From an uncultured Spirochaetota bacterium (lineage in GTDB: Bacteria; Spirochaetota; Spirochaetia; SZUA-6; Fen-1364): a DNA stretch of 64,000 nt. The notes beneath the pieces were generated by a model. The model did not search any database. It had not been told where the DNA came from and saw nothing but the letters and a program-made list of their open reading frames with translations. Of the stretch, positions 1 to 10,670 are shown one piece after another. The DNA lies in contig CAVTHO010000006.1 in the NCBI GenBank assembly GCA_963734545.1, positions 128,001 through 192,000 of the forward strand, read 5' to 3'. Position numbers and translations under genes: made by a program. How positions within the stretch are numbered: the stretch's first letter is position 1; every line of letters begins with the position of its first letter.

Positions 1-918
1 ATGATTGCGCGCCATCGGGTGTCGGTCTTCTATACCGCGCCCACCGCCATCCGCTCCTTCATGAAATGGGGCGATGAGCTGCCCGCGCGGCATGACCTGT
101 CGAGCCTCCGGCTCCTCGGCACCGTGGGGGAGCCGATCAACCCCGAGGCGTGGATGTGGTATCACGCGCACATCGGCCGCGCACACTGCCCCATAGTGGA
201 CACGTGGTGGCAGACGGAGACCGGCGCGATCATGATCAGCGGGCTGCCCGGGGTATCCACGATGAAACCGGGCTTTGCCGGCACCCCCCTTCCCGGCATT
301 TCGGCAACGGTGCTGGATGAGTCGGGCAAGGAGGTGAAGGAGGGAAGCGGCCTCCTGGCCATCACCCGGCCGTGGCCCTCGATGCTGCGCACTCTCTGGG
401 GTGACGATGAGCGCTACGTGAAGACGTATTTTTCCCGCTGGGACGCGAAGACCTATTTCCCCGGTGACGGGGCAAAACGTGATCACGCGGGGAACTTCAT
501 GATCCTCGGGCGCGTGGACGACGTGCTCAATGTCTCGGCCCATCGGATCGGCACCATGGAGATCGAGTCCGCTCTGGTGGACCATCCCGCCGTGGCGGAG
601 GCGGCGGTGGTCGGAAGGAATCACGACATCAAGGGCCAGGCAATCGTGGCATTCGTCAGCCTGAAGAACGGCCACACACCGAGCACCTCCATGGGCGAGG
701 ACCTGAAACAGCACGTGGTGAAAAAGATCGGCGCCCTGGCCCGCCCCGAAGAGATCCTCTTCACGCGCGATCTGCCCAAGACCAGATCGGGGAAGATCAT
801 GAGACGCCTGCTGCGCGACATCGCGGAGGGCCGGGCGCTGGGTGATGTGACGACCCTTGCCGATCCCGCCGTCGTGGCGGCGCTGCGCGAGGAGTACGAG
901 GAAAAGTACGGCGGTTGA
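1..918 (+). CDS. acs: Acetyl-CoA synthetase, C-terminal part (5' end lies outside the window)
   Basis: Motifs [54 protein letters not shown]. Confidence 0.95.
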   Translation: MIARHRVSVFYTAPTAIRSFMKWGDELPARHDLSSLRLLGTVGEPINPEAWMWYHAHIGRAHCPIVDTWWQTETGAIMISGLPGVSTMKPGFAGTPLPGISATVLDESGKEVKEGSGLLAITRPWPSMLRTLWGDDERYVKTYFSRWDAKTYFPGDGAKRDHAGNFMILGRVDDVLNVSAHRIGTMEIESALVDHPAVAEAAVVGRNHDIKGQAIVAFVSLKNGHTPSTSMGEDLKQHVVKKIGALARPEEILFTRDLPKTRSGKIMRRLLRDIAEGRALGDVTTLADPAVVAALREEYEEKYGG

Positions 919-1047
919 GGGCGCCGGGCTCGGCCCCGCCCGCTCGCCCGGCCCCGCGCCTCGCGCCCAGCCCGTGCGGCGCCGAGTCCGCTGACTGCGC
1001 GGAGTACGCGGGTACGCGTTCCGCGCGAACGCGGTACCGCGGCGCCG

Positions 1048-1471
1048 CTAAATCCGCGGGGTACCGCGGCGCGGCCTGATGTAGATCGTGCCTGCCTGCC
1101 TTTCCCGCGCGGCCGAAATACGAGAGAAAGGTGCGGAGGATACGCCCGCGCACGAGCGCGCTCGTCCGACGACGTGACTCCAGCCTGATCTCTTCCACGA
1201 TCCGCGCGGCCTTGGGACCCGCGATCAGGGCACACAGCGACCGCCGCTTCTCCTCCGTGAGGGTGGCAAAAGCAACCGCGCACACCTTGTCCGGCATCCG
1301 CATCAGGACGTTCTGCAGCGTCGTCTTGTCGGCGCGGCTCACGCAGTCCCAGATCCGCGATGCAAAATCCGCGGGATACCGCGATGCAGAATCCGCGGGA
1401 TACCGCGATGCAGAATCCGCGGGATACCGCGATGCAAATCCCGAGGGGTTCCGCGGAGCCGAATCTTTCAC
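1048..1471 (-). CDS. FliG C-terminal-domain-like protein with repeat-derived N-terminus; 3' end uncertain (track ORF runs to 797)
   Basis: DKTTLQNVLMRMPDKVCAVAFATLTEEKRRSL..KAARIVEEIRLE resembles the FliG_C armadillo-like fold; coupled to upstream gene by 4-bp overlap; possible frameshift near 1095 would give ...TIYIRPRRGTPRI*. Confidence 0.5.
1051..1072 (-). repeat. Single copy of CCGCGG-hairpin repeat family
   Basis: AATCCGCGGGGTACCGCGGCGC is the reverse complement of GCGCCGCGGTA(N)CCCGCGGATT, matching the 35487 unit. Confidence 0.75.
1355..1441. repeat. 24-bp tandem repeat, ~3.5 copies, in frame (SASRYPAD)
   Basis: Unit CCGCGATGCAGAATCCGCGGGATA at 1355, 1379, 1403 and partial at 1427. 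Confidence 0.9.
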
Positions 1472-2052
1472 GATTTCAGCTGATACGCCGGCTCATTTCC
1501 CGTCTTCCACTTGATGCCGCAGCCCATGCTTGCCTTCTGGTCGGCGCCGACGGGTTTTCCCGCCAGCAGCGCGTCGAGGGCGCCCCTGAGATCGCTCCCC
1601 GTGAGGGGCACGCCGTTTCCCGGCCTGCTCCCGTCCATCTGCCCCCGGTAGACCAGCTCGCGATCCTTGTTGAAGAGGAAGAAGTCCGGAGTGCAGGCGG
1701 CGTGATACGCTTTCGCGACCTCCTGGCTCTCGTCATACAGGTACGGGAATGTATAGCCTGCTGCCGCCGCTTCCTTTGCCATCATCTCCGGGCCGTCCTG
1801 GGGATGCGAGGCGATGTCATTCGCGCTGATCCCGACAGCGGACAGGCCCTTTTCCTGGTACTCCTTGATGAGCCCGGTGAGCTCTTTCTGGACGTGCTTC
1901 ACGTAGGGGCAGTGATTGCAGAGGAAGGCGACGAGGAAGGCGCGCGCTGAACCGAAGTCATCCCGGGACACCATCCGACCTGTGCCGGGCTCGGGCAGCC
2001 TGAAATCAGGGGCCTTTGTGCCCAGCGTGAGCATTGTTGATTCAACGGCCAT
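1468..2052 (-). CDS. Thioredoxin-fold (AhpC/TSA-like) protein
   Basis: KAPDFRLP, CNHCPYV, YHAACTPDFFLF, C-terminal GCGIKW. Confidence 0.9.
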   Translation of the reverse strand: MAVESTMLTLGTKAPDFRLPEPGTGRMVSRDDFGSARAFLVAFLCNHCPYVKHVQKELTGLIKEYQEKGLSAVGISANDIASHPQDGPEMMAKEAAAAGYTFPYLYDESQEVAKAYHAACTPDFFLFNKDRELVYRGQMDGSRPGNGVPLTGSDLRGALDALLAGKPVGADQKASMGCGIKWKTGNEPAYQLKS

Positions 2053-2055
2053 CTG

Positions 2056-2796
2056 TTACCCCAGCTTTCTCTTGAAGAACGTCACCATCTGCTGGTAGGC
2101 GTCATTGGCCTGGTCTGTTTTCCAGAGCTGGCCGTTCTGGACCATGAAACCATGGGGCAGACCCTGGTACACCTTGAGCTCGAAGTACTTGCCCGCCTTC
2201 TGGAGGGCGGCCGCGTATTGGAATATCCCCGCGATGGGGCTGGCCTGGTCCGCGCTGCCATGGATCATGAGCAGGGGATGCTGGAGCTGGTCGATCTCGT
2301 CGATCGGCTTCACCGGCTGTGCGGCCGAGCCGCCACTGTTGGGGAAGCCGTACCACGCCACTCCCGCGGCGAACTCGTTGATGACAGGCAGGAAGAGCAT
2401 CGTGTATCTCCCGCCGGCGCAGAACCCGGTGAGCCCGATCCTGTTCGGGTCCACGTCGCTGCGCGCTTTGAGAACCGCTATCGAGTCCCGGACGAGCTGG
2501 CCGACCACCGCGTCCGAGGGACTCTTCTCGAATGTCTGCCAGCCTGCCGCAAGGACGACGAACCCATCCGCGGCGAACCTGTCCGCCATGTCCTTGTAGC
2601 CCTGCTCGAGGCCGTTGAACGAGTGGATGAGCACGATCCCGGGCTTTCTCCCCGGACCGGGGCCGGCGGACAGGTAGGACGCGTACATCCTGCCGCCGCT
2701 GGCCAGGTCCAGCATTTGTCCCGTGTTCTGTGCCGAAAGCGGGATTGCGAGCGCGGCGAGAACCGCCACCATCCCGACTCGTGCGTAAAGATGCAT
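2056..2796 (-). CDS. Secreted dienelactone hydrolase family protein
   Basis: Signal peptide (..LSA/Q), nucleophile GFCAGG, HGSAD, YQGLPHGF. Confidence 0.88.
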   Translation of the reverse strand: MHLYARVGMVAVLAALAIPLSAQNTGQMLDLASGGRMYASYLSAGPGPGRKPGIVLIHSFNGLEQGYKDMADRFAADGFVVLAAGWQTFEKSPSDAVVGQLVRDSIAVLKARSDVDPNRIGLTGFCAGGRYTMLFLPVINEFAAGVAWYGFPNSGGSAAQPVKPIDEIDQLQHPLLMIHGSADQASPIAGIFQYAAALQKAGKYFELKVYQGLPHGFMVQNGQLWKTDQANDAYQQMVTFFKRKLG

Positions 2797-2813
2797 TGAA
2801 AACCTCCTGAAGG

Positions 2814-2845
2814 CGCGATGCCGAATCCGCGGAATACCGCGATGC
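2814..2845. repeat. Copy of CCGCGG-hairpin repeat family
   Basis: CGCGATGCCGAATCCGCGGAATACCGCGATGC shares flanks with the 1355 unit and core (reverse complement) with the 35487 unit. Confidence 0.8.
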
Positions 2846-2964
2846 CCGGATCAAAGATACGCACACAAACGGGGGTCCGGGAAATGGACTCGTGCGGCGG
2901 ATCGTGCTACCTTCCAATGCGTGACGCATGCTGAATATTCTGCCCATGTGCAGGGAGGCTTGAG

Positions 2965-4326
2965 GTGAAATCGGGGGAAGACAGGACCGTCGGGATCAGC
3001 GACATCAGGCTCTACGTTCCCCCCCCTTCCATTGAGCTCCGAGAGCTGGTGGCGAAACGCGTGCTGGCCAATCCCAGTCTGGACCGGCATCTGGAACGGG
3101 CCTGCAGGGTGACCGGACAGAAAGCGATCCGGTTCCCGGAAATCTGGGAGGACAGCGCGACATTGGCCGCCACGGCCGCATACGACCTGCTGCACGAGAA
3201 TCCTTCAATAGATACGAAGACGCTGCGGCACATGGCCGTGGGCACGGAGACGGGCGGTGACCATGCGAAACCCCTCTCCGCTTCCCTCCAGGGCATGCTG
3301 CAAAAGGCCGGCATCAGCCTTCCCGGATCTCTTTCCAGCTTCGAAGTCAAGCATGCGTGCGCCGGGGGGACCATGGCGCTGCTGAGCACGGCCGGGCTGC
3401 TCGCGGCCGGCGGCAGGCCGCGGGATTCCGCGCTCGTCGTGAGCACCGACATTGCCCGGTACGAGACCGAGTCCACCGCTGAAATCACGCAGGGCGCGGG
3501 CGCCGTGGCGGTGCACGTGGAGACATCACCGAGGCTGATCGAGCTCGACCTGTCCACGCTCGGGTTCCATTCCATGGACGTGGACGACTTCTTCCGACCC
3601 TTCGGCTCGGAGACCGCGCGCGTGAACGGCACCTACTCGATGCGCTGCTACGGTGAAAGCCTCGAAGCGGCGTTCCTCGATCACTGCGCCCGCAGGAGCG
3701 GCAGGCCGGATCGGATACTTCGGGAGACGGACTACTTTGTCCTGCATACTCCTTTCCGCAACATGCCCGAAAGCGCGATGCTGCGGCTCCTCGAGCGCGT
3801 TCTCGGTCTCGATTCCGAGGCTGCCCGGACATTCCTCGCGGAGAAGAACTTTGCCGCGGCCCTGGATCCGTTCGCCCGGATCGGGAACCTGTACACCGGC
3901 TCGCTCACCGCGGCCCTCGCGTTCCTGCTCTCGGAGAGATTTCGCGCAATCGGACAGGGGATCGTCGGCAAGCGGATTCTCCTCGCTTCCTACGGTTCAG
4001 GGAACACCATGGTGGTGATGGCCGCCCGGATTACCCGGGATGCCGCGAGCGTCGTCTCCCGTTGGAACATCGACAGGGTCTTCACTTCCGCCCGGATCGC
4101 CTCATTCGAGGAATACGAGGCCTGGACAACGGGTCCCGTGCAACCGGAGCTGCAGGCACGGCTGATGGAAAACGCAAAACTGCCGCCGAATGCCTTCATG
4201 CTGTCCGGCATACGCAAGGATGGTTACCGTGAATACGAGTTCAGGAAAGCCCGGGAGATCGGAGACGGAGTCGCGCAAAGAGGAGCACCTGACGATATGC
4301 ACCGATCCGTCGCGATATCAGGTTGA
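2965..4326 (+). CDS. mvaS: Hydroxymethylglutaryl-CoA synthase
   Basis: VGTET, KHACAGG (catalytic Cys), STDIARY, EITQGAGAVA, LHTPF, IGNLYTGS, SYGSG. Confidence 0.93.
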   Translation: MKSGEDRTVGISDIRLYVPPPSIELRELVAKRVLANPSLDRHLERACRVTGQKAIRFPEIWEDSATLAATAAYDLLHENPSIDTKTLRHMAVGTETGGDHAKPLSASLQGMLQKAGISLPGSLSSFEVKHACAGGTMALLSTAGLLAAGGRPRDSALVVSTDIARYETESTAEITQGAGAVAVHVETSPRLIELDLSTLGFHSMDVDDFFRPFGSETARVNGTYSMRCYGESLEAAFLDHCARRSGRPDRILRETDYFVLHTPFRNMPESAMLRLLERVLGLDSEAARTFLAEKNFAAALDPFARIGNLYTGSLTAALAFLLSERFRAIGQGIVGKRILLASYGSGNTMVVMAARITRDAASVVSRWNIDRVFTSARIASFEEYEAWTTGPVQPELQARLMENAKLPPNAFMLSGIRKDGYREYEFRKAREIGDGVAQRGAPDDMHRSVAISG

Positions 4327-5320
4327 GGGCGGGGGAGCCGGCTTCGAAGGGGTGAGATTCATCCACGATGCGCTGCCCGAGATCGCGGATGAAGAGCTGG
4401 ATACTTCGGTCGGGTTTCTCGGTCAGAAGATCGCGCTTCCCTTCTTCATTTCGTGCATGACCGGCGGCTCTGACGGCGGGTTCAGGGCGAACAAGGCGCT
4501 CGTTGCCGCGGCCCAGGAGCTCGGGATTCCCGTTGGCCTGGGGTCCATCCGGATCCTCGCGCGCAAGCCCGAGCTCTTCGCGCACTTTCACCTGAAGCCC
4601 CTTGCCCCCGACGTCCCCGTGATAGCGAACATCGGCGCGGTGCAGGTGCGGGACGGCGACATCGGCGAGCTTCTGACCCTGCTGGAGAGACTGGAAGTGC
4701 AGGCGCTTGCCGTTCATCTGAACCCGGGGCAGGAGCTCTTCCAGCCCGGCGGGGACCGCGATTTCCGCGGCGTGAAGGAGGCAATCGCCCGCCTGCGCGA
4801 GCGCTGCCGGCTGCCGCTCATCGTCAAGGAGACAGGCTTCGGCATCATGCCCCGTCACGTGCGTGAGCTGCTCGATACAGGCGCCGCGTACATCGACCTG
4901 GCAGGGGGGGGCGGCACCAACTGGATTTCCGTGGAATCTTATCGGCTCCCCGAGGAGGAGCGGGCCGTTGCCCTCGAGTTCGCCGATTGGGGGATTCCAA
5001 CCGCCCTCCTGCTCGCTTCCTTCGGCGGCTCGGTCGAGCATCTCCTGGCTTCGGGCGGCATACGGACCGGCATGGACGCGGCGAAGGCGCTCGCCATGGG
5101 CGCGGAGCTGGCCGGGTTTGCCCTCCCCGTGATACGCGAGGCAGCGGGCGGCGGCTCCGAGGCTGTGGTCAGGCTTTTCCGACGCATGGAAGAGACGCTC
5201 AGGACGGTGATGCTGCTGACAGGATCACGGACGGTCAGGGACCTGCGGAAAGGGAGGACGTGGTGCGAGCCGGGCTTCGCGGCTGCCGTGGACTCCTTCA
5301 GAAGGTCGGCAGAGGCCTAG
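4229..5320 (+). CDS. fni: Type 2 (FMN) isopentenyl-diphosphate delta-isomerase
   Basis: RKEEHL, ISCMTGGS, HLNPGQELFQPGGDRDF, VKETGFG, GGTNW, ASGGIRTGMD; GTG at 4229 follows AAGGA. Confidence 0.93.
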   Translation: MNTSSGKPGRSETESRKEEHLTICTDPSRYQVEGGGAGFEGVRFIHDALPEIADEELDTSVGFLGQKIALPFFISCMTGGSDGGFRANKALVAAAQELGIPVGLGSIRILARKPELFAHFHLKPLAPDVPVIANIGAVQVRDGDIGELLTLLERLEVQALAVHLNPGQELFQPGGDRDFRGVKEAIARLRERCRLPLIVKETGFGIMPRHVRELLDTGAAYIDLAGGGGTNWISVESYRLPEEERAVALEFADWGIPTALLLASFGGSVEHLLASGGIRTGMDAAKALAMGAELAGFALPVIREAAGGGSEAVVRLFRRMEETLRTVMLLTGSRTVRDLRKGRTWCEPGFAAAVDSFRRSAEA

Positions 5321-5397
5321 GAGCCTGTAGGGCGATGGTCCGTCTGATCCGGATAGACGTATCTGCCGGATATCGCGCTTCGCGCGATGTGCCCTAG
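5318..5397 (+). mobile_element. 80-bp MITE/REP-like element, copy 1
   Basis: 78/80 identical to reverse complement of 11402-11481; TAG/CTAG ends, TAGGGC...GCCCTA inverted ends, internal hairpin ATCGCGC-TTC-GCGCGAT. Confidence 0.8.
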
Positions 5398-6381
5398 TCA
5401 TGCAGGCGCCCCGGTCAATCCCCCGGCTTCCCGCACCCGCACCGGGGCGGCGAGCGAGATCCCCGCGCGCGCTGCCGCTTCCTCGACCGAGACGGAAACC
5501 AGGCGGGCGCTTTCCGCATCTCCCGTGACCAGGAAGAACGCGCCCCCTCCGCCTGCTCCGCTCAGCTTGCCGCCGAGGGCGCCGGCCCTTTTCCCTGCCT
5601 CCAGCAGCCGGTCCAGCCACTCGCTGCTCAACCCCAGCCCCCGAAGACGCTCCATGGCCTGATCGGCCAGACGGGCAATGTCCTGAGCCCTCCCGGCAGC
5701 GGGAACAGCAAGCGCCTTCCTCGCCGCGCCGGCCACTCGGCCGAGCTCCTGGATCGCTTCGCGCGTTTCCCGGTGGCCTGCCCTCATCCGTTCGCCGAGC
5801 GATGCCACGAGCGCTCCGCAGGTTTCCGCGCGCGGCACCGCGGCCACCACCAGGTGCAGGGGAGAGCCGGAAAGCGGCTCGTATTCGGGAAGTGCGGGCG
5901 GCCGGGGCTGGAACGCGAAGAGGCCGTCCAGGATGGAGAGGCCCGTGTCGATACCGGAAGGGGTGCCGTGGAACAGACTTTCCGCATCGTGGGCAAGGCC
6001 CCATTCACGCAGGAGAGCGCCAGGCGCGCCCGGCTGCAAAAGCTCCCCTGAATGCGCGAGCGCAGCCCGGGCAAGAGCCGCGCAGAGCGCCGCCGAGCTG
6101 CCGAACCCGACGCCGCGCGGCACCTCTGATTCGACTGCGACCCGGCAGCGCGACCGGGAGGAAAGCTCGGGAAGGAGCGCTTCCAGGCGTGCGAGAATCC
6201 GGCGGACCGGTTCCCGGTCCTCAGAGGCCAGGGCATCGAGTTCCCAGCCGCCCTGCACGTCAGCCCAGAGACGCACGGTGGTTTTCTCCTGGAGCGACAC
6301 TCCAACCGCCGTGTGACCGTACACGGCCGCGTGCTCTCCGAACAGGATCAGCTTGCCGGATGCCCTGCCTATTCCTCCCAC
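5398..6381 (-). CDS. mvk: Mevalonate kinase
   Basis: GKLILFGEHAAVYG, PRGVGFGSSAA, HGTPSGID, KLSGAGGGG. Confidence 0.93.
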   Translation of the reverse strand: MGGIGRASGKLILFGEHAAVYGHTAVGVSLQEKTTVRLWADVQGGWELDALASEDREPVRRILARLEALLPELSSRSRCRVAVESEVPRGVGFGSSAALCAALARAALAHSGELLQPGAPGALLREWGLAHDAESLFHGTPSGIDTGLSILDGLFAFQPRPPALPEYEPLSGSPLHLVVAAVPRAETCGALVASLGERMRAGHRETREAIQELGRVAGAARKALAVPAAGRAQDIARLADQAMERLRGLGLSSEWLDRLLEAGKRAGALGGKLSGAGGGGAFFLVTGDAESARLVSVSVEEAAARAGISLAAPVRVREAGGLTGAPA

Positions 6382-7327
6382 AGGATTCCCTTTTGCGAGG
6401 CGTGCACGCGCTGAAGCTTGCTGTCTTCAGGAACGGCTGACCCGGCCGGCAGAAGGCAGGCTCCCAGCTCGTTTCCCGCGCCCAGAGCCTTGCACCGCGC
6501 GGCGTCCAGCCCGCGGGGAGTCTCGATCTCCGCGGAGACTCCGATGGCCCTGCCCAGGCTCATGCCCAGCTCCGTGCAGGCGCGCAGATGCCGCTCCGCC
6601 TCCGCAGCGGTGCGCGCGCGGACAAACTCGAGCACGCAGCGGTTCGACTGCTCGAGAAACAGCCGCGCATCACCCGGATGGGATTCCTTCCAGAGCGCGT
6701 AGCGGCGGATAGCGTCGGAGGTGGACACCGGCGAAGGCCCCGGAAACAGGCAGACAACAAGCTCCTCCCGGAGACGGCAGGGTTCCCAGACAGGCACGGG
6801 ACCGCCGTGAAAGATCCCCATGCCGCCGTAATAAGAACAGCTCACGTCATACCCGCTTCCGGCACCGCCCTGCGCACGTCGATGGGCTCCAATGGCGAGC
6901 GCCAGGACCGCGGGGTCCTGCGGGTCGGGACGGCAGCCTGCCGCGTCCAGCAGGGCGCAGACCAGACCTGCCGTGACCGCGGCGCTCGACCCGAGACCGG
7001 ACTTTCTGCCTTCCGAGCTGAAAAGAGCCGAGGAGTCCACGAGGATGCGCGCGCCCCGCAGTGCTTTCCCGCCGCCTTTCCCCCGCAGCCAGCTCCCCAC
7101 CTCGTCGACCACCGCGGAGATCAGCGGGCTGGCAGAGGGACGTCGAGACGTCCAGGACAGGGCGCCGCCCGGCCACACGCCTTCGATGGAAAGCTCTTCC
7201 GAGGGGAGAATGTCGATACGCACACGTCGTTCGACGGCCAGGGCCAGGCCCAGCCCGCCCTTTTCCAGTACCGCGTATTCGCCGAACAGAAGGATTGAAC
7301 CGGGTATGGAGACGCGCAGTCAGACAT
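6369..7327 (-). CDS. Phosphomevalonate kinase (GHMP); N-terminus needs a 1-bp indel near 7320 or a CTG start
   Basis: LRVSIPGSILLFGEYAVLE upstream of the track start, KSGLGSSAA, AQGGAGSGYDV, KALGAG. Confidence 0.85.
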
Positions 7328-8285
7328 CTCCCCCCGGCTCGCGCCAGGTGAGGCCGGGTCCCGCGTGGCACAGGATGGTCTGGATGCCGGGAACGAGCTC
7401 TTCGATGCGGCGCATGACTTTCTCCGCTTCCGCGGCGAGGCACAGGATCTTCACCTGAGGCCCGGCGTCGATGGTTTCCCAGGCGCCGACCCCTTCCGCC
7501 CGCAGCGCCGCGCAGCCGTGGATCACCGCGACGGTGGCCGGCAGCCAGTAGAGAATGGGGGGACGGGCACCGAGAATGGCCGCGTGCATCAGGCTGTAGC
7601 TCCTGCGCGCCGTCTCACCCAGGAGCTCCAGGTCCCGGCTCTCCAGCGCGCGCAGGGCGTCGGGGAGGAGCGCCGCGGATTCCTTGATCCAGGAAAAATA
7701 GTACGGCGAGCCTGCCCGGGTCTCCTCCATTGCGCGCCGGGAAGACACCGGCTTCGGGCCGCGCCGGGTGACCGCAACAACGATCCGCAGCTCGGGCCAG
7801 AACTCGGGACCGAAAAGGGGGCGCGCGCGCCGGGCGCCTGCGGGAAACAGCACGAAGCCGCCGTAGACGGCCCGGGCCGCTGACGCGGACCCCACGCGCG
7901 CAATGCTCGAGAGGTCCGACAGGGACGGTTCGCTGCCGACCGCCCGCGCGCAGGCGCCGGCAAGCGCTGCGAACCCCGAGGAGGAGCTGGCCATCCCCGC
8001 GGAGGTGGGAAAGGTATTGACGCTTTCCGCCTGGAAGTGCGCCGGGATCCCGAGGCTGTTCCGAAGCGCGTCGAAGAAAGGCGCGAACCGGGCCGCGTCC
8101 TGCCGGACCCCGTCCACCGTGATCGAGTCGTCATCCGCGAGGCGTGCCCGTGTCTCCGAATACACGCCTCCGAGGGTCACCGCGAGGCTCGGGGTGGCGG
8201 GAAGGTTGTCTCCCTTCACCGCTTTGCCCCAGTACTTGATCAGGGCCAGGCTCGGTCCGGCGCGGCAGACGGCTTCCCCTCTCAC
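7320..8285 (-). CDS. mvaD: Diphosphomevalonate decarboxylase
   Basis: ALIKYWGK, NTFPTSAGMASSSSGFAAL, GSASAARAVYGGF, TIDAGPQVK. Confidence 0.93.
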   Translation of the reverse strand: MRGEAVCRAGPSLALIKYWGKAVKGDNLPATPSLAVTLGGVYSETRARLADDDSITVDGVRQDAARFAPFFDALRNSLGIPAHFQAESVNTFPTSAGMASSSSGFAALAGACARAVGSEPSLSDLSSIARVGSASAARAVYGGFVLFPAGARRARPLFGPEFWPELRIVVAVTRRGPKPVSSRRAMEETRAGSPYYFSWIKESAALLPDALRALESRDLELLGETARRSYSLMHAAILGARPPILYWLPATVAVIHGCAALRAEGVGAWETIDAGPQVKILCLAAEAEKVMRRIEELVPGIQTILCHAGPGLTWREPGGDV

Positions 8286-9589
8286 CCGGCGCCTCCCCGA
8301 AGCCGCGCGAGCAGGGCGCGCGCAGCATCGATATCCGCGGACTCCGCGTCAGCGAGCGACGCGGCAACCCGCCGCGCTTCCTGGCCCCGGGCGCCCGCGC
8401 GGTACGCGATCCGGGCAGCATGGAAGCGCATGTGGCCCTGCTGGATACCCGTCGTCACCAGGGCCAGGAGCGCGGCGAAGTTCTGGGCAAGCCCCAGCGC
8501 GGCGGCGATCCTCGAAAGGCGCGGGGCGTCCGGCGCGCCCAGCACTGCAAGGCTTGCCCGGCCTGCCGGGTGGAAATCCACCGACCCCCCGACTGTAGCA
8601 AGAGCCAGCGGGAGCTCCAGCTCTCCCGAAAGCGTGTCTCCCTCCACCGTAAAAGTGCTCAGGCCGCGGTACTGTCCTCCGCGCGCCGCCCATGCGTGGG
8701 CGGCAGCCTCCACTGCCCGGGTGTCGTTCATCGTGGCAAGGGCGAGGCTGCTGATGCCGTTCATGATTCCCTTGTTGTGCGTGACGGCCCGGGAAGGATC
8801 CTCCTGCGCAAGCGCGGATGCCCTGGCCACCCGCTTCGCAGCCTCGGCCCCCTCCATGCCCTCGGGCAGCCTGAATCCCAGGCGCTCCGCGCGGATGCTG
8901 AACCGCGCACCGGCAAGCCGTTCCTGCGCCGCGTTGGTGAGGATTGCCATGAGCGTTCGGCCGCCGCTCTCGCTTTCGAGTACAGGCCGCGCGCGTTCCG
9001 CCGCGGTGTTCAGTCTGTTCGCGCCCATGGCGTCCCTTACGTCGATGACCAGGTCTGCCCTCACGGTCCCTGAACCGGCAAGCCGGGTGACACGCAGCTC
9101 CCTGAATCCCCCGCCGCGCCTCTCCAGGGAGGAGAGCACGGGCGCCAATGTGGAACGCACGCGCGCAGTGCACGCCGCGAGTTTTCTCTCCCCCTCTTCC
9201 GTCACTTCCTCGAGGAAAACCTGCGCGGTCATGAGCGGCGGTGACGCCCAAGTGGTGAACCCGCCGTCCGGGCGGACGAGCCAGGCGGCAAATGACGCGG
9301 CCGCGATGACGGAGGGCTCCTCCACGGCCATGGGGACTGCGATTTCTTCTCCGTCGATGAGGAAGCCATCCGCGATCCCGAGGGGAACCGGAACACAGCC
9401 AACCGCGGACTCCACCATGACATCGGCGATCGACAGCGCCGTTGTCGATGCGGACAGCCCTTCCCAGTCCTCATCTCCAATGGCAAATGCGGCCTTCACT
9501 TCGCGCTGCCGGGCCGACAGATCGTGCTTGCGGAATCCCAAGGGAAGGGGAGCGCCGGAGGGCCGGCCGCCCGTCTGCTCGCTGCTCAA
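8282..9589 (-). CDS. mvaA: Class II HMG-CoA reductase
   Basis: PMAVEEPSVIAA, DAMGAN, THNKGIMNG, NDTRAVEA, GIQQGHM. Confidence 0.93.
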   Translation of the reverse strand: MSSEQTGGRPSGAPLPLGFRKHDLSARQREVKAAFAIGDEDWEGLSASTTALSIADVMVESAVGCVPVPLGIADGFLIDGEEIAVPMAVEEPSVIAAASFAAWLVRPDGGFTTWASPPLMTAQVFLEEVTEEGERKLAACTARVRSTLAPVLSSLERRGGGFRELRVTRLAGSGTVRADLVIDVRDAMGANRLNTAAERARPVLESESGGRTLMAILTNAAQERLAGARFSIRAERLGFRLPEGMEGAEAAKRVARASALAQEDPSRAVTHNKGIMNGISSLALATMNDTRAVEAAAHAWAARGGQYRGLSTFTVEGDTLSGELELPLALATVGGSVDFHPAGRASLAVLGAPDAPRLSRIAAALGLAQNFAALLALVTTGIQQGHMRFHAARIAYRAGARGQEARRVAASLADAESADIDAARALLARLRGGAG

Positions 9590-9681
9590 CGATCCACCCC
9601 CTCAGAATAGTATCACTGAGAAGGGGATCATCTGCCAGAGGCGGGGACCTGCCCCGATTGGGGACAGGCTTACGGGATCAG

Positions 9682-10670
9682 TTAACCTCCCGCTATTGTG
9701 AACACAACCTTGCCCGAGCTGAGGACACCGTTTGCCGACACAACGACATCGAGACGGTAGTTGCCCTTGCCATAATCGCTCGCCTTGATGGTGATCGTGG
9801 AGGCAGCAGCCCCGTTTATGGGCACGCCATTCATGTACCATGAATAGAAGGTGCCTTTCACCGGGAACATCTGCGTGGAGGTCCAGGTGATCGTCATCTC
9901 CCCGGTCACGCCGAGATTGTCCTTGTACCCGTTAAAAGTAAATGTTTCGCTGTTCGATACGTCGGGGTCGACCGTCATTTTCTTTACGGCATCAAATGGC
10001 GTGAAAACGAGCTTCGTTGTGCCGCCTGCGGAGATGTGAACAGCCTTCGCTCCTCCCCATGTGAACCCGTCGGCATCCTGGTATGAGACTGACAGCGTGT
10101 AGTAGCCTGCCGGGAACTGGGCGGTTGCATGGACGGAAGAAATGTCAATTGCGATGGCGACCGCCGGCAGACTGATCTCCTGCGGCACGCCGCCCTGGGG
10201 CGTCAGCGCTGCTTTCAGCCCGGAAACGGTTTTGCTCGTGGGCCATTCCGCATACGCGTCCAGCGTGCCATTCTCCGCAGACGAGCTCATGGCGACTTTC
10301 GTCGACGCGGTTTCCCCCTCAACGACCGTGACCAGGACGCTCGCGGACTCGACCTGCAGGCCATTGAAATTGTTTCCGTTCACCGTAACGCCCCAATCCC
10401 CAGGCTCAAGGGAGTCAATCGTGACGGTAGCGGCGGTGATGCCCAATTCCTGAAAGCTTGCGCTGCCGGGCCCTGAGCCCAGGACATCGTAAGAGGCGAC
10501 GGTCGTTGGGTCCTTGGGGCTCGATGGCCTGCATGTCCTGCGAAAGATACGATAACCAGCGACCCGCCGCTGCTTTTCGGCAGCGTGGTGTCTTTCCCGC
10601 CCGGGTTCGGGCAGCTCACGAGGAGGAGGATCAGCGCCGCGAGGACAAGCCCCGAATAAACCTTTCTCAT
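9682..10670 (-). CDS. Spirochaete-type lipoprotein with beta-rich/Ig-like domains (frameshift near 10530)
   Basis: MRKVYSGLVLAALILLLVS/C lipobox in ORF 10380..10670 joins the beta-rich body of ORF 9682..10704 (YSWYMNG..TITI..GNYRLDVVV). Confidence 0.7.
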
